Shown: positions 1 through 9,582 of the stretch, piece after piece
Layout of the letters: each line of letters starts with the position of its first letter
Numbering within the stretch: the stretch's first letter is position 1
Virus record (IMG/VR): IMGVR_UViG_3300011832_000001
Coordinates: 32,001-96,000 of that record
From: a virus
Lineage: Duplodnaviria > Caudoviricetes
DNA: 64,000 bases
Reading direction: 5' to 3' (one strand)
Notes under the pieces: generated by a model
The model's input: the letters and a program-made list of their open reading frames with translations, nothing else
Database searches by the model: none
Told to the model about the DNA's origin: nothing
Made by a program: the position numbers and the translations under genes

Positions 1-49
1 TCTTTGTTCAGAAATGGGTAAATAAAAATAACATGGAGGTGGTCAATTT

Positions 50-508
50 ATGATTGTTGTAGTTCCTCAGCGTGTTGTTCTTATCTATCGAAAATCACAC
101 GTTGGTTACTTTCAACGGGATAAGGGAAGGAATAAGTATAAGCCTTCTCTTATTTCTATATCTTATAAAAATGCATCTGAGATTGTCAAAGAGGGTCGGG
201 GTATTTGGGTTAATCAAAATACAATTTATCTGAAATACACTAAAAAAGAAATACGTCTATCTGTTTATTATCGAGATAATGGAATATGTCAATACTGTAA
301 CCGAGAATTACAAATTGATGATTTCACAGTTGAACACATCAAAGCTAGAAATTATGGTGGAGATTATAATCTTAGAAATCTAGTGTGTTCTTGCTTTAAC
401 TGCAACAACTCTCGACAGCACAAAGGTATTCCTAAAGAAACTTTCAGAAAACTCAAAAGACAAGCAAGGAAGCATTTTAATATAGATAAAATGATAGAAA
501 ACTATTGA
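50..508 (+). CDS. HNH endonuclease
   Basis: RDNGICQYC...TVEHIKARNYGG...NLVCSCFNCNNSR motif; GGAGG RBS. Confidence 0.85.
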   Translation: MIVVVPQRVVLIYRKSHVGYFQRDKGRNKYKPSLISISYKNASEIVKEGRGIWVNQNTIYLKYTKKEIRLSVYYRDNGICQYCNRELQIDDFTVEHIKARNYGGDYNLRNLVCSCFNCNNSRQHKGIPKETFRKLKRQARKHFNIDKMIENY

Positions 509-533
509 CATTATACCTGATAAATGGTATAAT
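505..533 (+). promoter_or_regulatory. sigmaA-type promoter
   Basis: TTGACA-17nt-TATAAT with extended -10 TG. Confidence 0.85.
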
Positions 534-562
534 TAAATTACATCAAAGCAAAGGAGAAAATT

Positions 563-1195
563 ATGAAACAAAAACGATACTACAAAAAAGGTGAAGTGGT
601 ATTCCTTCATGAATTAAAAACCACAGGAAAGGTATTAGAGGTATTACCTCAAGAGCTTTCTGTAATTGTTTCCATTAAACATCGAGAAGGTGGAGCTAAG
701 GAAGTTAAAAAAGTCCTTCTAGAAAATATTGATAAGTATCGTCCTGCAAAGTTTGCAGTAAACGTAAAATATTTCGAAGGTCAAGATAAAGAATTAAAAA
801 TTGAAAAACAAGGCGATTGGATTGACGTTTACACAAATGAAGACGTTGAATTAAAAGCTTTGGAACACACACTAATTAATCTAGGATTCGCCTTAGAGAT
901 TCCAAAAGGTCACGAAGCATTCCTAGCACCACGCTCCTCAACTTTTCCTGAGCATGGTGTAATTGTAGCCAACAGCTTTGGAATTATTGACAATACTTAT
1001 TGCGGAGATGACGATGAGTGGAAACTTTCAGTTGTTGCATTGCGTGATACCTTTATTCCAAAAGGAACTAAGATTGCACAATTCCGATTTATTAAATCAA
1101 TGACAGAACATGATGGAACACCTTCAATTAAATTCCGCAAAGTCGAAACACTAGAGAATGATTCTCGTGGCGGATTTGGAACAACAGGACAATAA
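563..1195 (+). CDS. dut: Trimeric dUTPase with ~60-aa N-terminal extension
   Basis: Motifs PRSS, GIIDNTYCG, IAQF, RGGFGTTG. Confidence 0.92.
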   Translation: MKQKRYYKKGEVVFLHELKTTGKVLEVLPQELSVIVSIKHREGGAKEVKKVLLENIDKYRPAKFAVNVKYFEGQDKELKIEKQGDWIDVYTNEDVELKALEHTLINLGFALEIPKGHEAFLAPRSSTFPEHGVIVANSFGIIDNTYCGDDDEWKLSVVALRDTFIPKGTKIAQFRFIKSMTEHDGTPSIKFRKVETLENDSRGGFGTTGQ

Positions 1196-1209
1196 AGGAG
1201 ACTATTAAT

Positions 1210-2013
1210 ATGAGTAAATTTGATGAATTGACACTAAACACAGTACGAGATATTGTATTTATCGAGGAAGTATCAAACGAAAGCGCAAAAGAGTTAGTTC
1301 GACAAATTTCAATCATTAACCACGTTGACGATGAAATGGAACGAATTACGGAGGGTCTAGTTAATCCATATGTGCGAGACAACTATCCCATTGTTATTCG
1401 TCTGATGACGGGTGGAGGAAGTGTTCATGCAGGTTTTGCAATCGCCAATGCAATCAAAACTTCAACGACACCTATCCTTGTAATTGCAAGCGGAGTCGTA
1501 GCATCTATGGGTTTATATATTATGGCATCTGCTCACGCACGAGTTGCTGATGATAGTGTAGAGTTTATGTATCACCAAGTATCGTCAGGGAATCATGGTA
1601 AACGTGATGACCATCGCCAACACCTAAATATGCTTGACCGACTTCAAGATAAGTATGACTCATTCTTGGTGAGTCGTTCAAATGGTAAATTGACAAAAGA
1701 ATTCCTTCAAGAGAAGCGAGATTCTTATCATGACTTTTGGTTTACAGCACAGGAAGCTAAAGAGATGGGTCTTATTGATGCAATCTTAACTGATGAGGAA
1801 CTATACAACCCTCAGATGAGTGATGCAGAAAAAGAACAGGCTATTGAAGATGTGTCCACTCAACTAGAAGGAAACCTTGCTCAACTATATGAATTGACAG
1901 GTCAACGATTTAAGTTAGATGTTCAAATTGATGAAGAGACTAAAGATAAAGCTCCAATTAAAAAACGTGTAGTTAAAAAGAAAGAGGTAAAAGAAGATGA
2001 ACAGCAAAGTTAA
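1210..2013 (+). CDS. clpP: ClpP-family protease
   Basis: GGGSV, VASMG (catalytic Ser), MYHQ (His), DFWFTAQEAKEMGLID. Confidence 0.88.
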   Translation: MSKFDELTLNTVRDIVFIEEVSNESAKELVRQISIINHVDDEMERITEGLVNPYVRDNYPIVIRLMTGGGSVHAGFAIANAIKTSTTPILVIASGVVASMGLYIMASAHARVADDSVEFMYHQVSSGNHGKRDDHRQHLNMLDRLQDKYDSFLVSRSNGKLTKEFLQEKRDSYHDFWFTAQEAKEMGLIDAILTDEELYNPQMSDAEKEQAIEDVSTQLEGNLAQLYELTGQRFKLDVQIDEETKDKAPIKKRVVKKKEVKEDEQQS

Positions 2014-2560
2014 ATACTTTGTTGTTCCCATTCTCTTAATAGTTATTGCATTTCTATTAATTGATAGAGGGGATGACAAGGTTGAAGTAACTCAAGAAGA
2101 AGTTATGGAGTCAATGGACTTGCCTAATTATGATAATCCACAGGAGCAACCTGACAGTAAGAGTGAAGCACCTTCAACACAAGATGATAACTACTACTAT
2201 AATTTAAATCAGATTTTCTTATTGATTGCAGATGGAATCAATAAAGTGAGTCATGGTATTGAATATTATGATTCAGCAAGCCTTCAAGAAGGTGTAGATA
2301 CACTTCTATTTACCTCAAATGAAATTTATTCCATGAGTCCACCTGCTGATGCTAAAGAAGTACATGAAAAAGCAATTGCATTAGCCAAAGTCAATGAACG
2401 AATTGCATATGGTGTTCAATCGGATATTGACAAGGGTGAGATGGATTATCTCAATAGTCCACAATTCATTGAGGATTTAGAGGAAGCGATTAAAATCAAT
2501 GATGAAATCACATCAATGTCAGGAGAACAAACCACAGAACAAGGAGTGTTTAGTTTATGA
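1997..2560 (+). CDS. Membrane-anchored hypothetical protein
   Basis: N-terminal hydrophobic helix followed by an acidic helical domain. Confidence 0.7.
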   Translation: MNSKVKYFVVPILLIVIAFLLIDRGDDKVEVTQEEVMESMDLPNYDNPQEQPDSKSEAPSTQDDNYYYNLNQIFLLIADGINKVSHGIEYYDSASLQEGVDTLLFTSNEIYSMSPPADAKEVHEKAIALAKVNERIAYGVQSDIDKGEMDYLNSPQFIEDLEEAIKINDEITSMSGEQTTEQGVFSL

Positions 2561-2682
2561 AGCTATTTTTAAAGAATCCAATCATCTTCATTGCTGTTTG
2601 GTATCGACTGAAAGTAATGGAAGGAAATGAATATATTTCAAGCTTCAAAAAGAAAGGAAAGAAATTATTTGCAAGAAAATAA
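2557..2682 (+). CDS. Small ORF, 41 aa (MKLFLKNPIIFIAVWYRLKVME...)
   Basis: AAGGAG RBS; ATGA overlap with the upstream stop; below the ORF-track cut-off. Confidence 0.4.
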   Translation: MKLFLKNPIIFIAVWYRLKVMEGNEYISSFKKKGKKLFARK

Positions 2683-3574
2683 TATAACTAAAGCGAATCA
2701 TAATCATATTAAAACAATTGATAACATTAGTAATTATGGCGTTTGGGATAAAGATGATAGTTTTAAACCTAGAGGTCGATATGCAGACGGAGAAATTGCT
2801 TATTCAAAACAGATTTTTCACACTCATGAAACATATTCTATTTTGCATGGTGAATTTCCAATTACAAATATTCGCTCAGTAGCACCTAAATCATCTATTG
2901 GTGAAATTCTTTGGATTTATCAAGACCAATCAAATTCTTTAGAACTATTAGAAGAAAAATATGGAGTCTCTTGGTGGAAGTCGTGGGATATTGGAGACGG
3001 AACAATTGGCTCGACATATGGGGAAATCATCAGAAAGTATGACATGATGAACCGACTATTAAAAGGAATGGAAACAGACCCGTATAGTAAAAGACACATT
3101 ATGAATATGTGGCAAGAAGATTCTCTTAGACAAAAAATTGGATTACCACCATGTGCATTTATGACAGAGTGGAATATCATTCCTATGACAACAGAAGAAG
3201 GCGAGAATGTAAGATATGTGACAATGAAACTTACTCAGAGAAGCTCTGATTATCTCACAGCTAACTCTATCAATAAGTTGCAATACTATGCTTTGATGTT
3301 AATGGTTTGTGGTCATCTAACTCATGAAACAGGAGTCAAACATTTCCCATATCTTTTCACGCACTCTGTAACTAATGTTCATATCTATGATAGACATTTT
3401 GATAAGATTATGGATATTAATAAAGACATTCGTGAAAATAAACACTTGCTTTCTGTACAGCCATTTCTTTCAGTTAATGGAAACAAGAATTTTTACGACT
3501 ACACTATTGATGACTTCAAACTTCACAACATGGAAATTATTTCAAAAGTAGGTAACTTTGAAATTGCTATTTAA
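2627..3574 (+). CDS. thyA: Thymidylate synthase (Bacillus ThyA-like); true start may be TTG at 2669
   Basis: LPPCAF catalytic Cys, QRSSD, dUMP-specifying Asn, HIYDRH. Confidence 0.92.
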   Translation: MNIFQASKRKERNYLQENNITKANHNHIKTIDNISNYGVWDKDDSFKPRGRYADGEIAYSKQIFHTHETYSILHGEFPITNIRSVAPKSSIGEILWIYQDQSNSLELLEEKYGVSWWKSWDIGDGTIGSTYGEIIRKYDMMNRLLKGMETDPYSKRHIMNMWQEDSLRQKIGLPPCAFMTEWNIIPMTTEEGENVRYVTMKLTQRSSDYLTANSINKLQYYALMLMVCGHLTHETGVKHFPYLFTHSVTNVHIYDRHFDKIMDINKDIRENKHLLSVQPFLSVNGNKNFYDYTIDDFKLHNMEIISKVGNFEIAI

Positions 3575-3606
3575 ACCTTGACTTTTCAAGGTTTTTTTGG
3601 TATAAT
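3572..3606 (+). promoter_or_regulatory. Terminator hairpin overlapping a sigmaA promoter
   Basis: AAACCTTGA-CTTT-TCAAGGTTT plus T tract; contains TTGACT(3578)-17-TATAAT(3601). Confidence 0.75.
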
Positions 3607-3632
3607 TATAGTATGGTGAAAGGAGATATTTT

Positions 3633-4244
3633 ATGAAAAAAATTAAATTTATTGGTGGGTCTATGAATGCAAGTAAGTCTGCAACATTAATTATGCGAAA
3701 CTATGCATACTTAAAACAAGGTTTGAAAACAGCTATTATTAAACCCAACTTAGATACTAGAGATAATGATATGGTCATGAGTCGTGCTTTTGAGAAAGGT
3801 GAGAAAGCATTCGTTGTGTCTAATGCAGATGAATTGATTCAACTTTTTGACCGACTTGAACGTGAATCTTCTTATCCCGATGTCGTTTTAGTTGATGAAG
3901 TTCAATTTATGGATGTCGAATCAATTAAAGTTTTGGAATCTTTGTGTTACTATCAAGGAACAACTGTAGAAGTTTATGGGCTAGTCTCAGATTATCTAGG
4001 AGAAGTTTTCCCATCATCTCAGCGACTATTGACTTGTGCGGATATTCACATTTTAAATGGTCTTTGCGATTGTGGAAATGAAGCGTATTACAATATGCGC
4101 CTAGTAAATGGAGTTCCTTTCTTTGGTGAAGCTCCTCAGATTGCAGTAGGAGATGTTTCGTCTAATGATACTGTATCATACGAGCCTAAATGTGGACGTT
4201 GTTATTTAGATGCTGAAAGAAAGTATGGAGGTCATGATGAATAA
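3633..4244 (+). CDS. tdk: Thymidine kinase
   Basis: GSMNASKS P-loop, VDEVQF, Zn ligands CDCG and C-terminal CGRC. Confidence 0.92.
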   Translation: MKKIKFIGGSMNASKSATLIMRNYAYLKQGLKTAIIKPNLDTRDNDMVMSRAFEKGEKAFVVSNADELIQLFDRLERESSYPDVVLVDEVQFMDVESIKVLESLCYYQGTTVEVYGLVSDYLGEVFPSSQRLLTCADIHILNGLCDCGNEAYYNMRLVNGVPFFGEAPQIAVGDVSSNDTVSYEPKCGRCYLDAERKYGGHDE

Positions 4245-4371
4245 GAAACGAAAAACGATGGGTAAAATGACAAGGAAGCGTGTTCTTTGGAATATGAATC
4301 CTGTAACACGAGTAACAAAAAACAAAAAGAAATACACAAGAAAAGATAAGCATAAGAAAGGATTTGAATAA
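4237..4371 (+). CDS. 44-aa basic peptide, ArfA/BrfA-like ribosome-rescue factor candidate
   Basis: GGAGG RBS; MNKKRKTMGKMTRKRVLWNMNPVTRVTKNKKKYTRKDKHKKGFE; fills the gap after tdk. Confidence 0.6.
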   Translation: MNKKRKTMGKMTRKRVLWNMNPVTRVTKNKKKYTRKDKHKKGFE

Positions 4372-4663
4372 TTTGAAATTCTTTTTTAGAGATGATATTG
4401 TTTTATATCGTGGTGAATCCTATAGAGTTGAGGTTTTTAATCTCTTCTCTAGATTCGCTGATATAACAAAAGATGAGCGTTCTTATCATACAATTCATGA
4501 GTCTGAGCTATCCTTGCTTTTCAGAGGAGCTAGATATTATGGCGAAAGAGTTGAGAACTTTTATGATGACTGTCTTGACAGATACAACATTTTAAGTTAT
4601 GATAAAGATAAGGAATCATTAATGGAGATAATGAAAGTTATTAAAATATTGGAGTGTGATTAA
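4364..4663 (+). CDS. Hypothetical protein
   Basis: TTG start with AAAGGA RBS; abuts dnaE. Confidence 0.65.
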   Translation: MNNLKFFFRDDIVLYRGESYRVEVFNLFSRFADITKDERSYHTIHESELSLLFRGARYYGERVENFYDDCLDRYNILSYDKDKESLMEIMKVIKILECD

Positions 4664-7600
4664 ATGAGACCAACACGTTACGAGAATTTTCACAAGCATG
4701 ACCACTTATCAAACTTAGTGGTTGCGGATTCGGTGGCAACGCCTGATGATTATATCGAACGTTATAAAGAGTTAGGAATGCAAGGATATTCTCTATGTAA
4801 TCATGGAATTTTGATGAACTACGGAGAAGCATACTATAAGGCTAAGAATAGCGGATTCAAACCAATCTTTGCAGTCGAAGCCTATATGCGAGTTAGCCGT
4901 GAATCAAAGTCAATGAATCACCAACTAATTATTGCTAAAAATAATGACGGACGTAAAGAATTAAATGCGCTCCTATCTAAAGCTTGGGTTGAACGACTTT
5001 ATAATAAACGTAATCCAATCTACTTGGATGAGCTTCTGAGCTTAAATCCTAATAACTTTATCCTTACGACAACTTGTATCGATAGTGTTATGTCGAAACA
5101 CGGTGATGAAGCTACAGAATGGTATTTAAAACCTCTTATTAATCACTTTGGTAAGGAGAACATCTATCTAGAAATGCAATACCATGTATGGCAACCACAG
5201 ATTGAATACAATCAGCGTTTATTGAAATATCGTGATAAATATGACTTGAAGCTTTTCTTTGCTACAGATAGTCACCATGTATCACCTCAGGATGTTGAGT
5301 TCCGTACAATCATGCAGGAATCAAAAGGTCTTTTTTATTCAGATGACCCTGAAAATAGCTTTTGGTTGGACGTTCCTGATATTGATACTATCTATGACCG
5401 TTTCGCTCAACAAGGCGTTCTAACAGAAGATGATGTCACGGAAGCAATTAATTCAACAATTGAAGTATTCGATAAAATTGACAACATTGAATTGAGTACA
5501 GAAATTAAAATGCCGTCATTGTATCCTAATAAGACCCATGAAGAGAAGGTTGAAATTCTCAAGAAGTTAATTGTAAAACTTTGGAAAGAGGAGTCTAAAA
5601 AAGTTCCTGTTGAGAATCATCCTATCTATAAGCGTGAGATTGCTCATGAATTTAAAATTATTAAGGATACAAAAATGGAGGATTACTTCTTATTCAACTA
5701 TGAGATTATTCGTAGAGGAAAAGAGAAACATGGTTTACAGTTAACGCAAACAGGACGTGGCTCAGCACCATCTATGTATCTTAATAAATTATTAGGATTT
5801 ACCGATGTAGATAGAATTGATGCCACTGTTAAGATGTTTCCTGAGCGTTTCATGTCTGTAGAACGTATCTTAGAGGTTGCGAGCTTACCTGATATTGACT
5901 TTAACATGGTTGCAGATGAACCTGCTGTTAAGGCAAGTGTTGAAATTCTAGGAGAAGGTCACGTATATCCTATGATTGCTCTAGGAACATATCAAGATTC
6001 GGGAGCATTCCACTTATATGGGAAAGCCAAAGGTGTTCCCCCTAAAGCCCGTGATGAAGTAGGAAAAAACTTAGACTCATATAAGAACAGTGATGAATAT
6101 GGAGATATGATTCATAAATCTAAAAAATATGTAGGTATCACTGAGTCTATTTCTATTCACCCTTGTGCATACCTTCTCTACGATGAGGATATTGCTTCTG
6201 AGGTTGGTTTAATTAAGACAACGAATACAGATGGTGAAGAGTTCACTATGGCTCTTATTGATAGTTATTATTCAGATGTTTTTAAGTTTCTTAAAAACGA
6301 TTATTTGAAGGTAACTGTCTATAAGATTCTTTATAACGTAGCTGAAATCACAGAACCACTTCCTAGCGTATCTGATTTAGTTAAGTATTCAGTGGAGAAC
6401 CCTGATATTTGGAAGATTTATGAAGACGGTATGACAGCAACTCTAAACCAAACCGCAACTGACTCAGCACGTCCTCAAGTCATGTGGTATAAACCTAAGA
6501 CAATCGCAGAGTTGTCTCACTTTGTCGCAGGTATTCGTCCGTCATTCCAATCTATGAAGAAACGATTATTCGACCGTGAAGATTTCAGTTACGGTATTCC
6601 TGAGTTTGATAAACTCTTACAGTCTAGTGATAACTTTATTCTATATCAAGAAAATATCATGGCAGTTTTGCAATATGCAGGTTTCCCATCAGGTGAGACT
6701 TATTCTCTTTTGAAGCAGATTGCAAAGAAACGTGGTAACTTTGAATTGATTAAAGAGCGATTCTTTAAAGGGTTTATGAAGAAAGCTAGAATTGAAAGAC
6801 AGGAAGTTGAATATGTATGGCGAATCATTGAAGATGCTGTAGGGTATGGATTTAACTCATCTCATAGTTACTCAGTAGCGGTAGATTCATTGTATGGAGC
6901 TTACTATAAGCATAAGTATCCTGTTGAATACTTCTCTGTAATCCTAGAGATTTACAAGAAAGATAAAACAATTGCACCTCAAATCTTCTCTGAGTTGGAA
7001 TACTTCGGTCTTCGAGTTAAGCCATTGGAGTTTGGTAAATCTCGTGCAGAGTTTTATGCAGATGGAAATGATATTTATCGTGGTACTTCTTCGGTCAAAG
7101 GTGTCAATAAGAATACAGGCGAACTTCTTTATCAAATCTCAAAATCAGTAAAAGAAGATGCAGATTTTGTAGATGTTCTATTGTTATGTGAGGAAAATAA
7201 AGTGAGTAAATCTGATATTCATAAACTGATTCATGTTGGGTATTTCCGAAAGTATGGCGGAAGTCGATACTTGCTAAATATTTGGGAAAGATACTATGGT
7301 CAAATCAAACCACCTTCTAAAGATAAAGCTTTTAAAGTGGATGGTGTTAAACGTTCTCGTGAGACTCGATTGAGTAATCTTTATGAATCAATTAAAGATA
7401 TGGATAAAGAAGAGAACATTACACCTCTTGAGTTAGTTCGATTCGAATATGGATTATTCAATCAGCTAGAGAGTCGTCATAAAGAGTTCTCAAACAGAGA
7501 TTATATTGTTCTTGATACTTTAACAAAGTACAAGAATGCAGTAGTTAAAGTTCAGGCTCTTAAATCAGGGAAGATTGTAAACGTAACTGTTAAGTCAGCC

Positions 7601-7771
7601 TATTTCTATGATGATAATGGGAAGCCAAAGCTTTTAAAAGGTGATGTAATTCGTATTCATCGTGCTCAAAAAGAAGAGATTAATAAACCTGTAACTATTG
7701 ATGGAGAGGAAGTTTGGAGACCAAGTGGAGAATTTAAACACTTCTTATACACTTGGAATAAATTTAATTAA
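4664..7771 (+). CDS. dnaE: DNA polymerase III alpha subunit (family C)
   Basis: PHP domain (HKHDHLS, TDSHH), GRGSA, LPDIDF, KNDYL, YGFNSSHS; no intein or intron seen. Confidence 0.95.
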   Translation: MRPTRYENFHKHDHLSNLVVADSVATPDDYIERYKELGMQGYSLCNHGILMNYGEAYYKAKNSGFKPIFAVEAYMRVSRESKSMNHQLIIAKNNDGRKELNALLSKAWVERLYNKRNPIYLDELLSLNPNNFILTTTCIDSVMSKHGDEATEWYLKPLINHFGKENIYLEMQYHVWQPQIEYNQRLLKYRDKYDLKLFFATDSHHVSPQDVEFRTIMQESKGLFYSDDPENSFWLDVPDIDTIYDRFAQQGVLTEDDVTEAINSTIEVFDKIDNIELSTEIKMPSLYPNKTHEEKVEILKKLIVKLWKEESKKVPVENHPIYKREIAHEFKIIKDTKMEDYFLFNYEIIRRGKEKHGLQLTQTGRGSAPSMYLNKLLGFTDVDRIDATVKMFPERFMSVERILEVASLPDIDFNMVADEPAVKASVEILGEGHVYPMIALGTYQDSGAFHLYGKAKGVPPKARDEVGKNLDSYKNSDEYGDMIHKSKKYVGITESISIHPCAYLLYDEDIASEVGLIKTTNTDGEEFTMALIDSYYSDVFKFLKNDYLKVTVYKILYNVAEITEPLPSVSDLVKYSVENPDIWKIYEDGMTATLNQTATDSARPQVMWYKPKTIAELSHFVAGIRPSFQSMKKRLFDREDFSYGIPEFDKLLQSSDNFILYQENIMAVLQYAGFPSGETYSLLKQIAKKRGNFELIKERFFKGFMKKARIERQEVEYVWRIIEDAVGYGFNSSHSYSVAVDSLYGAYYKHKYPVEYFSVILEIYKKDKTIAPQIFSELEYFGLRVKPLEFGKSRAEFYADGNDIYRGTSSVKGVNKNTGELLYQISKSVKEDADFVDVLLLCEENKVSKSDIHKLIHVGYFRKYGGSRYLLNIWERYYGQIKPPSKDKAFKVDGVKRSRETRLSNLYESIKDMDKEENITPLELVRFEYGLFNQLESRHKEFSNRDYIVLDTLTKYKNAVVKVQALKSGKIVNVTVKSAYFYDDNGKPKLLKGDVIRIHRAQKEEINKPVTIDGEEVWRPSGEFKHFLYTWNKFN

Positions 7772-7805
7772 GAGGGTTGACAGCCCTCTTTTATTATGCT
7801 ATAAT
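7770..7805 (+). promoter_or_regulatory. dnaE terminator hairpin overlapping a sigmaA promoter
   Basis: AAGAGGGTT-GAC-AGCCCTCTT-TT containing TTGACA(7777)-17-TATAAT(7800). Confidence 0.8.
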
Positions 7806-7840
7806 TAAGACAAGATAAAAACAAAAGGAGTCGATTATAA

Positions 7841-8269
7841 ATGAAAAAGGTACAACTAACTCGTGAATTTGTAGATACGGTCAACGGAACTTTGGAAGAA
7901 TTATATGAGACATTTAAACATAAGAATATCCAAACAGGTTTCCATAATCGTGAAGGCGGTTCTGTAGCTGTTGTTAAGGAACGTAAGATTTTAATCTCAT
8001 TGCTAGAGGTGTGGAATTACCATCAAGAAGGGTTAAAAGCAGATGATGTTCTAAAGACAATTTTTCTTCATGAACTTGGTCATATCCTATCTGACGATGA
8101 TGGTTTATATAAAGAAAGTGATGACTTTTCAGCAGTATTGATGAATGAACACTACGCTTGGGATTTTGCAGATGAACTTCGCTTAACTCATAAAATCCGT
8201 GTATCACATGATACTTGGAATGAATTAAAAAAACAAGCTTTGAATAGCTATAGTATTGGAGGAGAATAA
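7841..8269 (+). CDS. Zincin-type metallopeptidase-like protein (ImmA/IrrE-like)
   Basis: FLHELGH (HExxH) and downstream NEHYAWDFA. Confidence 0.6.
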   Translation: MKKVQLTREFVDTVNGTLEELYETFKHKNIQTGFHNREGGSVAVVKERKILISLLEVWNYHQEGLKADDVLKTIFLHELGHILSDDDGLYKESDDFSAVLMNEHYAWDFADELRLTHKIRVSHDTWNELKKQALNSYSIGGE

Positions 8270-8272
8270 ATA

Positions 8273-8548
8273 ATGAAAAAATTCACTTATAATATTGATT
8301 ATAGTCATTTAAAACAAGAGTTGGGGATTGAGAATTTACCTTATTCATTTGAAAATAATAATAAGGAATATTCTTTTAATAAGATTAAGGAATTGGCGGA
8401 TAATCTTGAAATGGAATTATCAGATGAAGAATTTATGTTGCTGTATAAAATCCAATTGGATGACAAAGATGCAGGTTGGATTATGCGAATTATGAAGAAC
8501 TATAACAAAAGTTTAGCATCAGCTCTAGTTAGCTATATTTGTTACTGA
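8273..8548 (+). CDS. Hypothetical protein
   Basis: GGAG RBS, operon position. Confidence 0.65.
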   Translation: MKKFTYNIDYSHLKQELGIENLPYSFENNNKEYSFNKIKELADNLEMELSDEEFMLLYKIQLDDKDAGWIMRIMKNYNKSLASALVSYICY

Positions 8549-8557
8549 GGTGGATAT

Positions 8558-8833
8558 ATGAAATTAACAAAAGAAGAAATTTTAAAAAAATATTTAACGG
8601 AAAGAGAAAAGGGAACTTGGAATGAAATTATCGAGGAAGCTAAATTTATTGAAAGATTACTTTTTTTAATTGGACAAATAAACAGCCCTGTTGTTCGAAG
8701 TCATATGTATAATCAGGTTCAGCCTGAATTGGAAAGAATGAAAGATGAGAAAAATAGACTTAAAATAACAGCTCAGGTGAGGTATGAGGAAGACTTAAGA
8801 GGGAAAGGGATGCACAACTATTTAAGAAAATAA
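8558..8833 (+). CDS. Hypothetical protein
   Basis: GAGGTG RBS, operon position. Confidence 0.65.
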   Translation: MKLTKEEILKKYLTEREKGTWNEIIEEAKFIERLLFLIGQINSPVVRSHMYNQVQPELERMKDEKNRLKITAQVRYEEDLRGKGMHNYLRK

Positions 8834-8838
8834 TATGT

Positions 8839-8865
8839 AAAGGGGTCATAAGACCCCCTTTTTTT
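8839..8865. terminator. Terminator at the convergence of early (+) and late (-) units
   Basis: GGGGTC-ATAA-GACCCC with T tract on +, short A run upstream. Confidence 0.8.
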
Positions 8866-8869
8866 ATTT

Positions 8870-9544
8870 TTATACTCTACGTCCTTTGTAGAGTTTTCCT
8901 TTAACGTCAAATGTTGTTGCATCTGAACTAGGAATAACCCATGAGCCACTTGAGCTTTCATAAGTTAGTGACTGACCTTCTCCAACTTTGAAGCAATCCA
9001 TTGGATTAAATGTTGAGTCTCCGACTCCACGTTTCCAAATATTTGAATTGCCTGATAGTGTTGGTGAATAAGTTGGATATTTAACATCAACATCAAGCTC
9101 AACGTGAAGGTGAGGTGAACCACCATATCTACCTGTTGAGCCATATCTTCCGATATATTCACCTTGTTTGATGATAGCTCCTTTTCTCACTGAACGACCA
9201 ATAGATGATAGATGAGCCATACGAATTGTAAGCTGTCTGTCTCCTTTATATTTTCCATAATGGACATTAACCTTATGAACGCTAACAGCAATAATAGTAT
9301 TACCCATTAAGGTATCATTTCCATAAGCGACAATCTTCATGTCAAATGGAGCAACAAGATTAATATTCGTTCTTCTAAGGTCTGCCATATCCATTCCAAA
9401 ATGTTTGAATCCCATTCTTCTTAAATATGGAATGCTGTGCCAACCTGCCGTCACTCTAGCATCTTTTAAAGGTAAAATTGCCTTTTGCACATTAAAACTT
9501 CCTTTCTTGTAAATATTTCGAGTCATAGGAGGCGTTTTAAGCAC
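8870..9544 (-). CDS. M23-family peptidase (second lytic enzyme)
   Basis: HFGMD (HxxxD), AHL, GSTG...PHLHVE (HxH). Confidence 0.85.
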   Translation of the reverse strand: MLKTPPMTRNIYKKGSFNVQKAILPLKDARVTAGWHSIPYLRRMGFKHFGMDMADLRRTNINLVAPFDMKIVAYGNDTLMGNTIIAVSVHKVNVHYGKYKGDRQLTIRMAHLSSIGRSVRKGAIIKQGEYIGRYGSTGRYGGSPHLHVELDVDVKYPTYSPTLSGNSNIWKRGVGDSTFNPMDCFKVGEGQSLTYESSSGSWVIPSSDATTFDVKGKLYKGRRV

Positions 9545-9582
9545 CTTCGAATTTCCTCCGTTGGTGTCTGTACCTCTATTAA

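Noticed and set aside
2627-3574. ThyA homologue as a base-modifying hydroxymethylase
   Set aside because: It keeps the dUMP-specific Asn and resembles Bacillus ThyA; dUTPase and Tdk neighbours fit normal dTTP supply.
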